Positions 25,276 to 34,835 of a DNA stretch of 64,000 bases are shown piece by piece. The first letter of the stretch is position 1. Every line of letters begins with the position of its first letter. The position numbers and the translations under genes are program-made. The notes under the pieces are model-generated. The model was not told the origin of the DNA. It saw nothing but the letters and a program-made list of their open reading frames with translations, and did not search any database. Source of the DNA: a virus (taxonomy: Duplodnaviria; Caudoviricetes); the IMG/VR virus record IMGVR_UViG_3300031994_000065, positions 17,295-81,294 of that record, one strand, 5' to 3'.

Positions 25276-25484
25276 AGGATTATGTTCGTTACTTGGAGGA
25301 AACTTTAGAATTATTCAAGTCTGATATTGGTTCCGTTCCTAATCTTATGGAATTGCCGTTTAGGGTTATCACAATATTGCGTGAAGCTAGAATCGAAAGA
25401 TATAAGGCTGAAGCTAAGCGACAAGAAGAAATTCGCAAGAAACAAGAACGAGAGCAAATACGTAATCAGATATTGAAGAAATGA
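25239..25484 (+). CDS. Putative -1 frameshift extension of the upstream chaperone
   Basis: Open -1 frame with no SD-supported start; CTC CTT TTT C site at 25234-25243. Confidence 0.4.
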   Translation, partial: FSGGSTPYDKRIKDYVRYLEETLELFKSDIGSVPNLMELPFRVITILREARIERYKAEAKRQEEIRKKQEREQIRNQILKK

Positions 25485-25855
25485 TAAAGTTTCCTCCCTT
25501 GTCACGTGGAGGGTTGAGCGAAATGGATAGATGTGAGCTTTTCGCCCAATTAACGAAATCTAATGATGAAAGTTGTACTTTATTCGAAGAGATACTCGAT
25601 GAATTCTTTGATGAATACAGTTTTTTGTATGGAGCTATAAAGCACAATGGATTCATTGATAACGTTAATATGCGGTGTCTCGATAATCAAAAATCAAAAC
25701 TAGAAATTGAAGTAATACTAACTAAAGACATAGTGTCCGATTTCTTCATTGATAAAGTCGGAAGTTTCTTAAATGAAAAATTTGCTGGCGATTGTAGCTT
25801 GAATGTATCTGCGGTCTGTACTGACACGGTGTTAATCATATTCAAGAAGAGGTGA
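25481..25855 (+). CDS. Hypothetical protein
   Basis: 124 aa, ATGA overlap with the upstream frame. Confidence 0.65.
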   Translation: MIKFPPLSRGGLSEMDRCELFAQLTKSNDESCTLFEEILDEFFDEYSFLYGAIKHNGFIDNVNMRCLDNQKSKLEIEVILTKDIVSDFFIDKVGSFLNEKFAGDCSLNVSAVCTDTVLIIFKKR

Positions 25856-25860
25856 ACACT

Positions 25861-27438
25861 ATGCAACTGAATCTGATGGACGTTGAAAAATTCGTAAAAA
25901 TTAATCCGACCATGATTAAGGAAGTCACTAATCCGATATTCTTGGATAGAAACAAGACTCCCACATATGACGGATTGCTTTCGACAGAAATATTTGGAAA
26001 CACGACCAAAGAACGATCCAGAAAATTTGGATTTATCTCATTAGGTGGATATTATTTCCAACCTATAATCTATAAGAATATCCGAAGACTTGACCGACGG
26101 ATTGATGGAATTTGTTCCGGGAGAATTAATGTAGTAATACAGAAAGACGGAACTATGGTTGAAGATCCCGAGAAAGGTCAAACAGGAATGGATTTTCTCT
26201 ATAAGAACTGGGAGAAAATCCATTACAAGAAGAATGAATCTGCAGAACACAACGATCGTGTCGATGTGTTGGAGAATCATAAGAAAAACGAGGTATTCAC
26301 CAATATGTGGTTAGTATGTCCTGCGATGTACCGAGACATCAATATGCAAGACATAGATACCAGAAAGATTGGAGCGGATACAGTTAACGGAATATATTCT
26401 AAATTGATTCGATTGACTGCAATGCTAAAACAAGATGCTTCGTTTACTCCGGTAATGCATAACACACGCTATATGATTCAAATGACTCTAATCGAAATAT
26501 ACGACTATTTCAAGAACTTGATTGAGAAGAAGAATGGAATGGTTCGAAAATCTTTGCTTGGAAAAAATGTTGATTATGGTGCAAGATTGGTTATTACATC
26601 TCCTAACTACAATTCCAATTCTTATAAAGATACCGAAGTTGACTTTTTCCACGCAGGAGTTCCGTTGGCTAACTGCTGTTCGTTATTTACACCATTTATC
26701 CTCGGATGGGTTCGAAATTTTCTCCAAAGAGAACTTGAGTTTATCGGAACGAAATATCCTATTGAGAATAAGGGCAAACTCGCTTTTGAACCACTTAAAG
26801 ACCCAATGTCGTATTACAACGATGAAATGATTCGTAAGATGATGGAAACGTTCATTTATTCTTTCAGCGGAAGATTTCAAACTATCGAAATCCCGCACAC
26901 TAACATGGATAAAGTTCATTACGATTTGAAGTTTATGGGTCAAAAATATGAGCAAACAGGAGAACCCAGTCCAATATTCAATCGTCCGTTTACATTGACC
27001 GATTTATTCTTCTTAGCTGCGGTAAATGTGTGTGAAGATAAACATGTGTATATCACGCGTTATCCAATGACTGATACGATGGGAACGTTTCCGACAGGAA
27101 TAAATGTTCTCAGCACACTCAGAACGATACCGATTGAACTTGATGGGAAGTTGTATAAGAAATATCCGGTAATAGATTTGAGTCTAAGTCCGGATGAAAT
27201 AGCTTCCCAATTCGTTGATACTCTTAGATTCCAAAATGTGTTTTTGAAAGCGATGAATGGTGACTATGACGGTGATACTGTCTCAATTAAGGGTGTTTTT
27301 AGCCAGTCAGCAAATCAAGAAGCAGAACGTATAATGCATTCGAAAATTTATGTTCTGAATATGGCTGGTCAAAGCGTGAGAACAACTACAAATGAAACGA
27401 TTCAAACGCTGTACTCAATGACGAAATTCAAAGAATGA
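25861..27438 (+). CDS. rpoC-like: Multisubunit RNA polymerase beta-prime N-terminal/catalytic subunit (probably virion RNAP)
   Basis: Catalytic NGDYDGD; DGLLSTEIFG; LLGKNVDYGARLVI; located in a structural operon. Confidence 0.9.
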   Translation: MQLNLMDVEKFVKINPTMIKEVTNPIFLDRNKTPTYDGLLSTEIFGNTTKERSRKFGFISLGGYYFQPIIYKNIRRLDRRIDGICSGRINVVIQKDGTMVEDPEKGQTGMDFLYKNWEKIHYKKNESAEHNDRVDVLENHKKNEVFTNMWLVCPAMYRDINMQDIDTRKIGADTVNGIYSKLIRLTAMLKQDASFTPVMHNTRYMIQMTLIEIYDYFKNLIEKKNGMVRKSLLGKNVDYGARLVITSPNYNSNSYKDTEVDFFHAGVPLANCCSLFTPFILGWVRNFLQRELEFIGTKYPIENKGKLAFEPLKDPMSYYNDEMIRKMMETFIYSFSGRFQTIEIPHTNMDKVHYDLKFMGQKYEQTGEPSPIFNRPFTLTDLFFLAAVNVCEDKHVYITRYPMTDTMGTFPTGINVLSTLRTIPIELDGKLYKKYPVIDLSLSPDEIASQFVDTLRFQNVFLKAMNGDYDGDTVSIKGVFSQSANQEAERIMHSKIYVLNMAGQSVRTTTNETIQTLYSMTKFKE

Positions 27439-27541
27439 CCCTTACTTATTTACCGCGTGCAGTAAAATATATAAGGGCTGGCGTATCTAAGGCAGAGATT
27501 CTAGTCTCTGCCTAAATAGCCGCTTAAAGGGAGGTGATGAT

Positions 27542-27808
27542 ATGAGAGTAAGACCTGTCGTTGGTGAAGTCTACAAACATTTCAAAGGTAAGGACTATAA
27601 AGTCATTGCCGTTAATGTGCGTAACTCCAACGAAAACGACACAAAGACTTATGTTATTTACGAAGCTTTGTACGAAAATCATCCGGTGTTCTTTAGAACG
27701 ACAGATGAATTCGTGTCTCCAGTGGACAAGGAAAAATATCCGGATGCCACACAAGAATTCCGTTTTGAGAAAGTTAACCGTGTAGAGGATGAAATCGTAT
27801 GGGATTGA
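27542..27808 (+). CDS. DUF1653 family protein
   Basis: VYKHFKGKDYKVI...YVIYEALY...EFVSPVDKEKYP. Confidence 0.85.
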   Translation: MRVRPVVGEVYKHFKGKDYKVIAVNVRNSNENDTKTYVIYEALYENHPVFFRTTDEFVSPVDKEKYPDATQEFRFEKVNRVEDEIVWD

Positions 27809-28065
27809 TTGTCTGCAAACAAGATTTTCAAACTAAGCGAATCCGCCCTTATGGAATTGAATCAACTACATACTCAGAACTTCGTAAAGGTGATTTGTTT
27901 ATGGTTAAAAGCTCAGGAACTAATTGTGTTTGTAAGGCCGAAGAAGATGCAACTAAATATCCTGATGGTTCGATAAGCGTCAAACACGGTTTCGTAGTTC
28001 TTTCAATTATTGGCAAAGATTCTATTAAGGAGGTTACAACCTATGGCGAAAGAGATAGAGCGTAA
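27799..28065 (+). CDS. Small hypothetical protein
   Basis: 88 aa, overlapping operon neighbours. Confidence 0.6.
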   Translation: MGLIVCKQDFQTKRIRPYGIESTTYSELRKGDLFMVKSSGTNCVCKAEEDATKYPDGSISVKHGFVVLSIIGKDSIKEVTTYGERDRA

Positions 28066-28699
28066 ATACCTCGTCGACAAAGAAAAATTTGATGCATCGT
28101 TGCGTACTGGAATTTGGACTCATTATCCATCAAAACAAGGATACATCAAAATCGACACTGCTTCTGAACCTAATATTTCTCAGGTGAGAGTTTCTATTAC
28201 GGGTCATGAAGAATATGAAACACTCAAGAAATTCGATCCCGAAGGGAAAGTTTACCGAGCTCCGAGAGCATATCTCAACATAAAAGGACCAGTGTTCGAT
28301 AGTTGTGTTCGTGATGAATTTGAGTACGAAATTCCTGTTGAAGAAGCGTTTGAGATTTTCAGTCGTTGTGCACACAAGATTTTCAAGGAACGTTATAAAG
28401 CGACGATAGATGGAATCGAGTGGGCGGTTGATGTATTCAAGCTCGATAATGATGGTTTGATAATCGCAGAGACGGAAATTGAGTCACCAAAAGTTGTGAT
28501 AAAGAAACCTGAATGGATTGGAAAAGAAGTCACATATCTCCCACAATATTACAACGTCTCGCTTTCACAGTATCCTTATAACTGTTATGATTTCGAGAAA
28601 TTGTCGAAAATAGAGAACAAAAAAATTGCGAAGGTTAAATGTAGTTCTTGCCCTCGCTATCGGAAATGTGGAAGTTCTAATTACGACGAGCCGCGCTAA
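28043..28699 (+). CDS. CYTH-domain protein (adenylate cyclase-like / triphosphate tunnel metalloenzyme)
   Basis: EIERKYLV, RDEFEYEIP, IIAETEI, PEWIGKEVT; ATG 28043 after AAGGAGG. Confidence 0.88.
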   Translation: MAKEIERKYLVDKEKFDASLRTGIWTHYPSKQGYIKIDTASEPNISQVRVSITGHEEYETLKKFDPEGKVYRAPRAYLNIKGPVFDSCVRDEFEYEIPVEEAFEIFSRCAHKIFKERYKATIDGIEWAVDVFKLDNDGLIIAETEIESPKVVIKKPEWIGKEVTYLPQYYNVSLSQYPYNCYDFEKLSKIENKKIAKVKCSSCPRYRKCGSSNYDEPR

Positions 28700-28711
28700 A
28701 TCAGAAATTTT

Positions 28712-28745
28712 AGAGGTACCGAGATTTGAATCTCTCGGTACCTCT
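28712..28745. terminator. Bidirectional terminator
   Basis: AGAGGTACCGAGA/TCTCGGTACCTCT. Confidence 0.75.
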
Positions 28746-29785
28746 TATAACACGAGTTTTGCTTGACGAATATCGATATGGTCTCTTGTGGTTCCCAAAT
28801 CTTTTTCTCCCGGATATTGGTTGTAGAACAGATTGATTGACTTGCAGTATTCTCTCACCGGTTTGATCGATTTGAAAAACTCGATGGGTTTATCGGTATC
28901 TGCGTATATATTCAAATTGAGATTATCGATAAATCCAATATGAAGTATTCGTTTGATTACGCCGAGAAATCCAGCTCCATTAACCGCCGAGTATAATTTG
29001 TTTGTTTTATCCGCATTATTGAGATGATAATAACACCCAAGAATGTCGAATATTCCCTCCGTGATATTGCAATCAATGTCATTTGCCATCAAGTCATACA
29101 TTCCAGGAATTATGTAGAGTTTAGAACCCCAGTTACCACTATTCTTAAATACGGGGTAATTGATGTATCTATGCTCGTTTTTCTTAGTATCCCGGAATAT
29201 GATGTAAGAACTGTCAGCGGATAAAAATCCGACATAGTCATCTTCGAGTTTTTGAGCTACACGTATCGGCAGGTTAACTCCGAAACCATTGATGTCAAGA
29301 AAGTCTTTGAGTGAAAGTATAATCTTCAGATTGACACAATCTTGATATGTCAATTCAATACCGAGACGATTTTCGATGTATTTAAGTTTGTCAATGTGTC
29401 TACAAGTTTTGTAGAATGGAACGATACTCTTTTTGGAACCATGAATTATATAATGAGATTCAGTTCGAGCTTTCGAATCCATAAATCTCTTATTATGATT
29501 CCAAACCGCACTTAACAAACTCAAATCTGTTACCCCAGCGGCACGTAAGAAATCCGAATTCACCCAGTGACCTTCGCTACAGCTCGAAAAACAGTAGTAA
29601 GATACTGGTTTGTTTCCTTCGATATTAACGTAACAATGCACACTGTCTTGATGTTTGAGGCTGTCGCCACATATTGGGCAACGGATTATCACGTGAGTAT
29701 GAGCACTGTTTTCTTTGGCAAACGGAGTCTTCAGAAGAACTTGTTTAAGTTTCGCAAGAGCATTAATCTCGTTTATATCAATCAT
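28745..29785 (-). CDS. DNA primase (Zn-binding plus TOPRIM)
   Basis: RCPICGDS Zn motif; ITEGIFD and YADTD TOPRIM motifs; ATG 29785 after AAAGGAGG. Confidence 0.8.
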   Translation of the reverse strand: MIDINEINALAKLKQVLLKTPFAKENSAHTHVIIRCPICGDSLKHQDSVHCYVNIEGNKPVSYYCFSSCSEGHWVNSDFLRAAGVTDLSLLSAVWNHNKRFMDSKARTESHYIIHGSKKSIVPFYKTCRHIDKLKYIENRLGIELTYQDCVNLKIILSLKDFLDINGFGVNLPIRVAQKLEDDYVGFLSADSSYIIFRDTKKNEHRYINYPVFKNSGNWGSKLYIIPGMYDLMANDIDCNITEGIFDILGCYYHLNNADKTNKLYSAVNGAGFLGVIKRILHIGFIDNLNLNIYADTDKPIEFFKSIKPVREYCKSINLFYNQYPGEKDLGTTRDHIDIRQAKLVL

Positions 29786-29862
29786 AATAATACCTCCTTT
29801 AGAAAAACGTGTAAAAACGGGTAAAAAGGAACAGCAAACGTAGTTCACTGCTCCCCTAACGC

Positions 29863-31440
29863 CTAAATGTTGTTGACGAATTTGAGATATTCTGCCGCGA
29901 GTATTTCGTTCTCGATCTCGATTGGTTCATCGAGCATGTCTTGCATGTCATAATCGACATAAGTCCAATTCGTATTGATTATCTTGCTGAGAAGTGTAAT
30001 CACCGGACTCCCGTTCTTTTCATCGAGTAATGAGGGATATTTCTTTTCCATGAGTTCCTGATATACCGATGACGAGGTTACCTTCTCAAGAAATTTTGAA
30101 TTACGAATGACTCTAGCCGACGATTTTCCATGAGCATTCGCGGTTATCAACTGGTCCATGTATATATTGCCGTTCGCTTCCAGCATTTTCTTCATGATGA
30201 CCATGAGCTGAATGTACTGCTCCCTTTTGACGAAGTTCAAATCACGAAACCCACCGAACCATTTCGCGAAGAAGTAAAAGACCAATTCTTTGGAAAGATT
30301 GTTGAAATCGTGATGCTCTTTGTAGAATTCGAGTTCCTTATCTGTGATCTTTATCTTCATTTTCGCCTTGATGCGTTCGAGTGTGTCGGCGATATTGACT
30401 TGAGAGAACAGAATCATGAAAGTATCAATTTTCGTCGTGTACATTTCCATCTTATCAAGTCCGGACAATCCTTCGGGTTCTTTTTCCGTAGATACCGCAA
30501 GGAAATCCATTTTCAAGTCTTCTTTAGAATGGAATGCAAGTTGATACTTCAAAACTACCGAATTGTAGCTGATGATGTTCCCGTTGAACCGGTAGCTGAA
30601 CACGGTGTCGGTTATAAGATTCTTGTGGAACAAATCTTCGATGAATGTTTCCACTGAAGAACCTAACGCCTCATGCTTTCCGTACATCGCACGATCCGGT
30701 TTTGAATAGCTATTGACGCGAGACGCAATTGTGTGATGAAGTTTGCCGAGTATATTGACATCCTCTATGAGAATTGGATTTACAAACAGCGGCTCGAAAT
30801 ATTTGTACAGATTCAATTTCGCTTCATCTTTGTTATAGAACGTCTTTATGTAATGCATGATAACGGGAATCGCAAATTTGATTGCCACCGAAATTCTCAT
30901 CAATATCTCCGCGTGATGTTCATTGAATTGCATTACCGGAGCATAAGATTTGTTTGATGTCTTTTTCGTTTTGACATCGGTGGTTAAATCGACCCGATAA
31001 TTATCCATGCTCATTCTCTTAATCTTTTCGCACATAGAATCAGAGAACAAGATTTTTTGGATTGCTTTTATCATCGATTCGCGTTTCAATTCGGTGATGT
31101 GTTTGGCGTCAATCATATATTTCAGCTTCATGTACGCCATTATGAGCTCTTTATCTTCGTCGTAGAACTTCAGAAAATAGTTGATATACAACGAAATCAC
31201 ATCGAGCTGTTTGTAGTACGCTTCCTTCAGACTTATGTCAAAGAAATTGTACTCGTGAATTATGTCGCGTCCGAATATCTTATCAAACGCGATGAAAAGA
31301 ACCTTGCCTTGATGTCCCGCGTAGATATCTTGGTCTTCAGGTTTCCACAAGTCTACCGGGATGACACCTTCTGGAACCGGCATAAGTATTGCTTCACCGA
31401 TTACATTGTTTTTGCGCTCAGCACGCTTAATTAACTTCAT
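29863..31440 (-). CDS. Putative sigma-like promoter-specificity subunit of the non-virion RNAP (phiKZ gp68 / AR9 gp226-like)
   Basis: 525 aa; colinear motifs resembling gp68 as recalled (HAEILMRISVAIKFAIPVI; ELMEKKYP; INTNWTY); early promoter; two genes from the chaperonin as in AR9. Confidence 0.6.
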   Translation of the reverse strand: MKLIKRAERKNNVIGEAILMPVPEGVIPVDLWKPEDQDIYAGHQGKVLFIAFDKIFGRDIIHEYNFFDISLKEAYYKQLDVISLYINYFLKFYDEDKELIMAYMKLKYMIDAKHITELKRESMIKAIQKILFSDSMCEKIKRMSMDNYRVDLTTDVKTKKTSNKSYAPVMQFNEHHAEILMRISVAIKFAIPVIMHYIKTFYNKDEAKLNLYKYFEPLFVNPILIEDVNILGKLHHTIASRVNSYSKPDRAMYGKHEALGSSVETFIEDLFHKNLITDTVFSYRFNGNIISYNSVVLKYQLAFHSKEDLKMDFLAVSTEKEPEGLSGLDKMEMYTTKIDTFMILFSQVNIADTLERIKAKMKIKITDKELEFYKEHHDFNNLSKELVFYFFAKWFGGFRDLNFVKREQYIQLMVIMKKMLEANGNIYMDQLITANAHGKSSARVIRNSKFLEKVTSSSVYQELMEKKYPSLLDEKNGSPVITLLSKIINTNWTYVDYDMQDMLDEPIEIENEILAAEYLKFVNNI

Positions 31441-31475
31441 GCTCTCACTTCCCCTTCTTTAATAGATTCGGATGG

Positions 31476-31485
31476 ATAATATATA
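31476..31485 (-). promoter_or_regulatory. Early promoter core TATATATTAT
   Basis: Exact motif upstream of the sigma-like gene. Confidence 0.7.
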
Positions 31486-31492
31486 CCCGAAT

Positions 31493-32308
31493 TTATTTTC
31501 GACGAGAACTTCCTCCGATTTTAGGTTTTCCAGTGATTTTCCCGCGGGAATTTCGATGTTCATTAGAGCCAGAAGTGTGAGTAAGTCCTTTAATGGTTCT
31601 GACCGCAGAGCTGATTTTCTTTTTGACCGCTTTCTTGGTTCTAGAATAATCCGTCTCCCTCACTTTTCGTGTAAGTGAAGTCGCGTCCATTTTCTTACCA
31701 CGTTCACCAGACAATTCGGACATTATCGAATCGAATGTTCTAATGGTTGCTGCAAAATTCTCTTGATTAAATTCACGAGAATTTCGTTTGACAAAGTACC
31801 GCTGGGAGAATTGCGTCTGCGTCATTATATGATGAATCGCGTAGAATATGCTTTTATCCCACAATAACAACAAATTTGGATTCTTTTCGTTGGGTTTATT
31901 TCCAAGAACTTCATTTCCAAGTTTATCGCTTAACCAACTGATCAACAAATTGTTTTTATTGTACGCGTAAGCATATGTGAAAACGAAACTGGGACAGTTT
32001 GAGAAGAATTCAACTTGCCAATCCTTCAAAGACATGTGAGTTTTCTCGGGGTCTTCCACAGTTTCAAAAAAGTGAATAACTACGTCGTAATCCATACTTC
32101 TGGTGTCTGACGGCACAAGAAGATGATAGTAAAACGACGTATCACTTTCCCGGAATATAGTAACTGGTATTTTCTTTTTAAGCTTCTTTGTAACCCCTTC
32201 GTAACGTCTTTCGAATCCATAACGTACTGCTCCGAGAGCTAAAGCTGAAGAACTTCCGCCGCTGGGATTCTTGTAGAAGTTGCGAAGGGTTATTGGTCCC
32301 TTTTCCAC
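31493..32308 (-). CDS. Conserved hypothetical protein
   Basis: 271 aa, GTG start after AAAGGAG; basic C-terminal tail. Confidence 0.75.
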   Translation of the reverse strand: MEKGPITLRNFYKNPSGGSSSALALGAVRYGFERRYEGVTKKLKKKIPVTIFRESDTSFYYHLLVPSDTRSMDYDVVIHFFETVEDPEKTHMSLKDWQVEFFSNCPSFVFTYAYAYNKNNLLISWLSDKLGNEVLGNKPNEKNPNLLLLWDKSIFYAIHHIMTQTQFSQRYFVKRNSREFNQENFAATIRTFDSIMSELSGERGKKMDATSLTRKVRETDYSRTKKAVKKKISSAVRTIKGLTHTSGSNEHRNSRGKITGKPKIGGSSRRK

Positions 32309-32342
32309 ATTGCGTCTCTCCTTTCAGAAAAAAGCGCGAGAA

Positions 32343-32380
32343 GAACCTAATGCAGGATCCCTCTCCAATACATTAGGTTC
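32343..32380 (-). terminator. Hairpin after the chaperonin gene
   Basis: GAACCTAATG/CATTAGGTTC. Confidence 0.6.
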
Positions 32381-32411
32381 ATGTAATTGATGTGATTATT
32401 CAGTATCGCAG

Positions 32412-34181
32412 TTATTTGCTGTCTGTGTGTTCAACCGTTGGAATCTGAGAAATGTATTGATTTGCCGTCATAAGAGTCAGACAAATGTTAATTGCGCCTT
32501 TAAGAATTTCGATGTCAGTTTGTGCTGAATTGATTATATTTTCGGAAAATTCTCCGGTTATCAAATCATAACATTTATCATCTCCGGCAATACATATCAT
32601 TCCAATCTCTTTCAATTTTTCTTTCAGGTTGTCATCAAGCACGTCGTAACCGTCTGAATCATATTTATTCGCAAATACTTCCATGAGAGTATCAAAGAAT
32701 GCATTAGCGATTGCTTTATAAGCAGATTCGAGTTTGTCGTCGAGATTATTAGTTCGTGCCATGAGACAATTGGCCGCATAACAAATGATGACATTGCCAC
32801 CGATATTATATCCGTGAGTTGCAACTGATTCACAAGCTCTTGTAGCATCTTCTGCCGCATCAAACTTGAGAGTCATTTCAATTTCGTTTTCTGCTCCTAC
32901 GGTAACTTCGGTGATTCTACGTCTGAGACGTTGTATTCTGTTTCGCAATGCAACTAATGAAGCTGATTGGATTCTGCGGTTGAGATTTTCTCCGACTTCA
33001 CGTTCATATTCGGCAGAAAGATTATAGAACACCAATGACATCCGTTCTTTATCCATTCTCGGATAACCATCGATAATGGTATATTCGTTACGGTATGTCT
33101 CGATAGAATCAACTTTGCCTATTGCACGTTTAAGAATTTCATCGTCGAAGTGTTCTTCAGATGTAACTACGTCAACCATTTTATTGAAATCGGACGCAGT
33201 TATCGGATTCGAACCACAGAGCAATGCGAAGTCCATATACTCATTACGTTGAAATGCGTTTACATTCAAGCATCTCATGTAGCGAATGGACAAATGTTTT
33301 TTCTGTTTTGCTCGCATAAGTTGCAAATCCATATCGACATCTCGTTTTACCATATCCAAGAAGTTCTGACTATAACTCGGAGCTACAATTATAACTTCTT
33401 TTGGGTTATGGATATCTTCATCTTGTTGATGCGCCAGCTGTTCGAGACGATGAATCATATTGTAGTGGTACGGTTCTATTGCCATATCAAAACAGATGAT
33501 GTAGACATCTCTTCCAACAAAACCAGATGGTTGATTGTGGAAGATATTGTCGATCATATAGTAATGATTTGCCTTATAACCGTTGATATGTTTAACGGTT
33601 GTTTCAGTAGACCAGATCGGGGAACGTCTTACATTAAACGCGCTGTTCGGTTCTTTCTTGTAAGCCTCTTTAATCATTTCGGCAAACTTAGTATCGCCGT
33701 TAGTGGAGATGTAAGCAGTTTTATACATCACATCAGGAAGCTCTTTTTCCGATGGATGTTTTGCGTGTTCTTGAATGAATTCGACGATATTGTTTATCGC
33801 AGTTTTGTAAGTTTCGTTTAGTTCTCTTGGTCTTATGAACTTTCCATTGTTTGTTTTGGTAAGCCATTTAGCGAATTTCCATGCCGCTACGACCGCTGAT
33901 GATGAACCGTCACCAACAGTTGCAACCATTCTATGGCTGATAGTTTGAATGACATTCATCACATTATTTGCGAAAATGTCCTCGGGTGCAAAGCGAATAC
34001 GTTGCAGTGTATGGAATCCGTCCTTAGACGCCACTAACGGACCCATCTCTTCGATAATCGAAGTGTTCGCACAAGGTCCAAGAGTTTTACTTACCGTTTT
34101 GCCGGCAAACTCAAGAACCTCGAGAACCATATTCTTATAATCGGTTGCACTGATGACATTACTTTTGGTAATGGCCTTCAT
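32412..34181 (-). CDS. groEL-like: Phage chaperonin (GroEL-like)
   Basis: KTLGP, SKDG, VGDGSSSA, ISTNGD, VTVGA, EDATRAC...IGGN motifs. Confidence 0.93.
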   Translation of the reverse strand: MKAITKSNVISATDYKNMVLEVLEFAGKTVSKTLGPCANTSIIEEMGPLVASKDGFHTLQRIRFAPEDIFANNVMNVIQTISHRMVATVGDGSSSAVVAAWKFAKWLTKTNNGKFIRPRELNETYKTAINNIVEFIQEHAKHPSEKELPDVMYKTAYISTNGDTKFAEMIKEAYKKEPNSAFNVRRSPIWSTETTVKHINGYKANHYYMIDNIFHNQPSGFVGRDVYIICFDMAIEPYHYNMIHRLEQLAHQQDEDIHNPKEVIIVAPSYSQNFLDMVKRDVDMDLQLMRAKQKKHLSIRYMRCLNVNAFQRNEYMDFALLCGSNPITASDFNKMVDVVTSEEHFDDEILKRAIGKVDSIETYRNEYTIIDGYPRMDKERMSLVFYNLSAEYEREVGENLNRRIQSASLVALRNRIQRLRRRITEVTVGAENEIEMTLKFDAAEDATRACESVATHGYNIGGNVIICYAANCLMARTNNLDDKLESAYKAIANAFFDTLMEVFANKYDSDGYDVLDDNLKEKLKEIGMICIAGDDKCYDLITGEFSENIINSAQTDIEILKGAINICLTLMTANQYISQIPTVEHTDSK

Positions 34182-34595
34182 TTAGTTATTACCTCCTTTA
34201 ATGAGTTTATCATCGGGAAGATTATTGACTAATACATCGTAAATCTCACGATAAGTCAAATCTCCCCAGAACTTTTCGGAAGCTACCATTATTGACGGTG
34301 CCGATTTAGGGTTATCGCGCATAATCTTGAACTGATCATTCAATATGGCAACGATGAATTTTTCAGGGCTTTCATAAGTCCAATCTATCGCTGTCGAATC
34401 TTCAGTCCGTGCGACCCATTCTTCGAGAGTTTCAATAGTTTCATTTTCGTTTTCTTCAGTAATTTTGACGAAAACGATAGAACCATCGAAGCGTTTAACC
34501 ATTTTGAGATAATTTCTCGCAGGCCAAATCGTACGACGAACAGGCTGACCCTTCAAAAGACACTCAACAGCTCTTCCGTAACCAAAAGTGTTCAT
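34182..34595 (-). CDS. DUF2829 / Tad2-like (Thoeris anti-defence 2) domain protein with C-terminal extension
   Basis: FGYGRAVECLLKGQPVRRTIW...WVARTEDSTAIDW pattern; ATG 34595 after AAGGAGG. Confidence 0.65.
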   Translation of the reverse strand: MNTFGYGRAVECLLKGQPVRRTIWPARNYLKMVKRFDGSIVFVKITEENENETIETLEEWVARTEDSTAIDWTYESPEKFIVAILNDQFKIMRDNPKSAPSIMVASEKFWGDLTYREIYDVLVNNLPDDKLIKGGNN

Positions 34596-34652
34596 TTTTG
34601 ATTCCTCCTTTATAATCTGTGCGAAAGACGTTTCATTTATATATTCTCTCCT

Positions 34653-34808
34653 GAAAAAGACGCGCACAAGGCAGACATTATCATGCGGAGCTTCCGAAAT
34701 CCCATGTTGTCTGCCTATGTGGTGGTCACTAAGACCGTCCCCTTTAAAGATCGATAAACCACAATGATTACCCAGCAAGAATCAGGATCATTGCTCCTGA
34801 TTCTTTTT
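34653..34808 (+). ncRNA. Candidate structured intergenic RNA (strand uncertain)
   Basis: TATATATTCT promoter-like site at 34638-34647; stems AGGCAGACA/TGTCTGCCT and TGTGGT/ACCACA; 11-bp hairpin with T-run at 34777-34808. Confidence 0.45.
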
Positions 34809-34835
34809 ACATATTTTGTATACTCGATGTTCTTT

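Noticed and set aside
34596-34778. N-terminal 61-aa extension of the DUF2829 ORF (TTG start)
   Set aside because: A strong SD and the domain start point to ATG 34595; the upstream region is stem-rich and non-coding-like.
34596-34835. CIRCE heat-shock operator upstream of the chaperonin operon
   Set aside because: TTAGCACTC-N9-GAGTGCTAA is not present.
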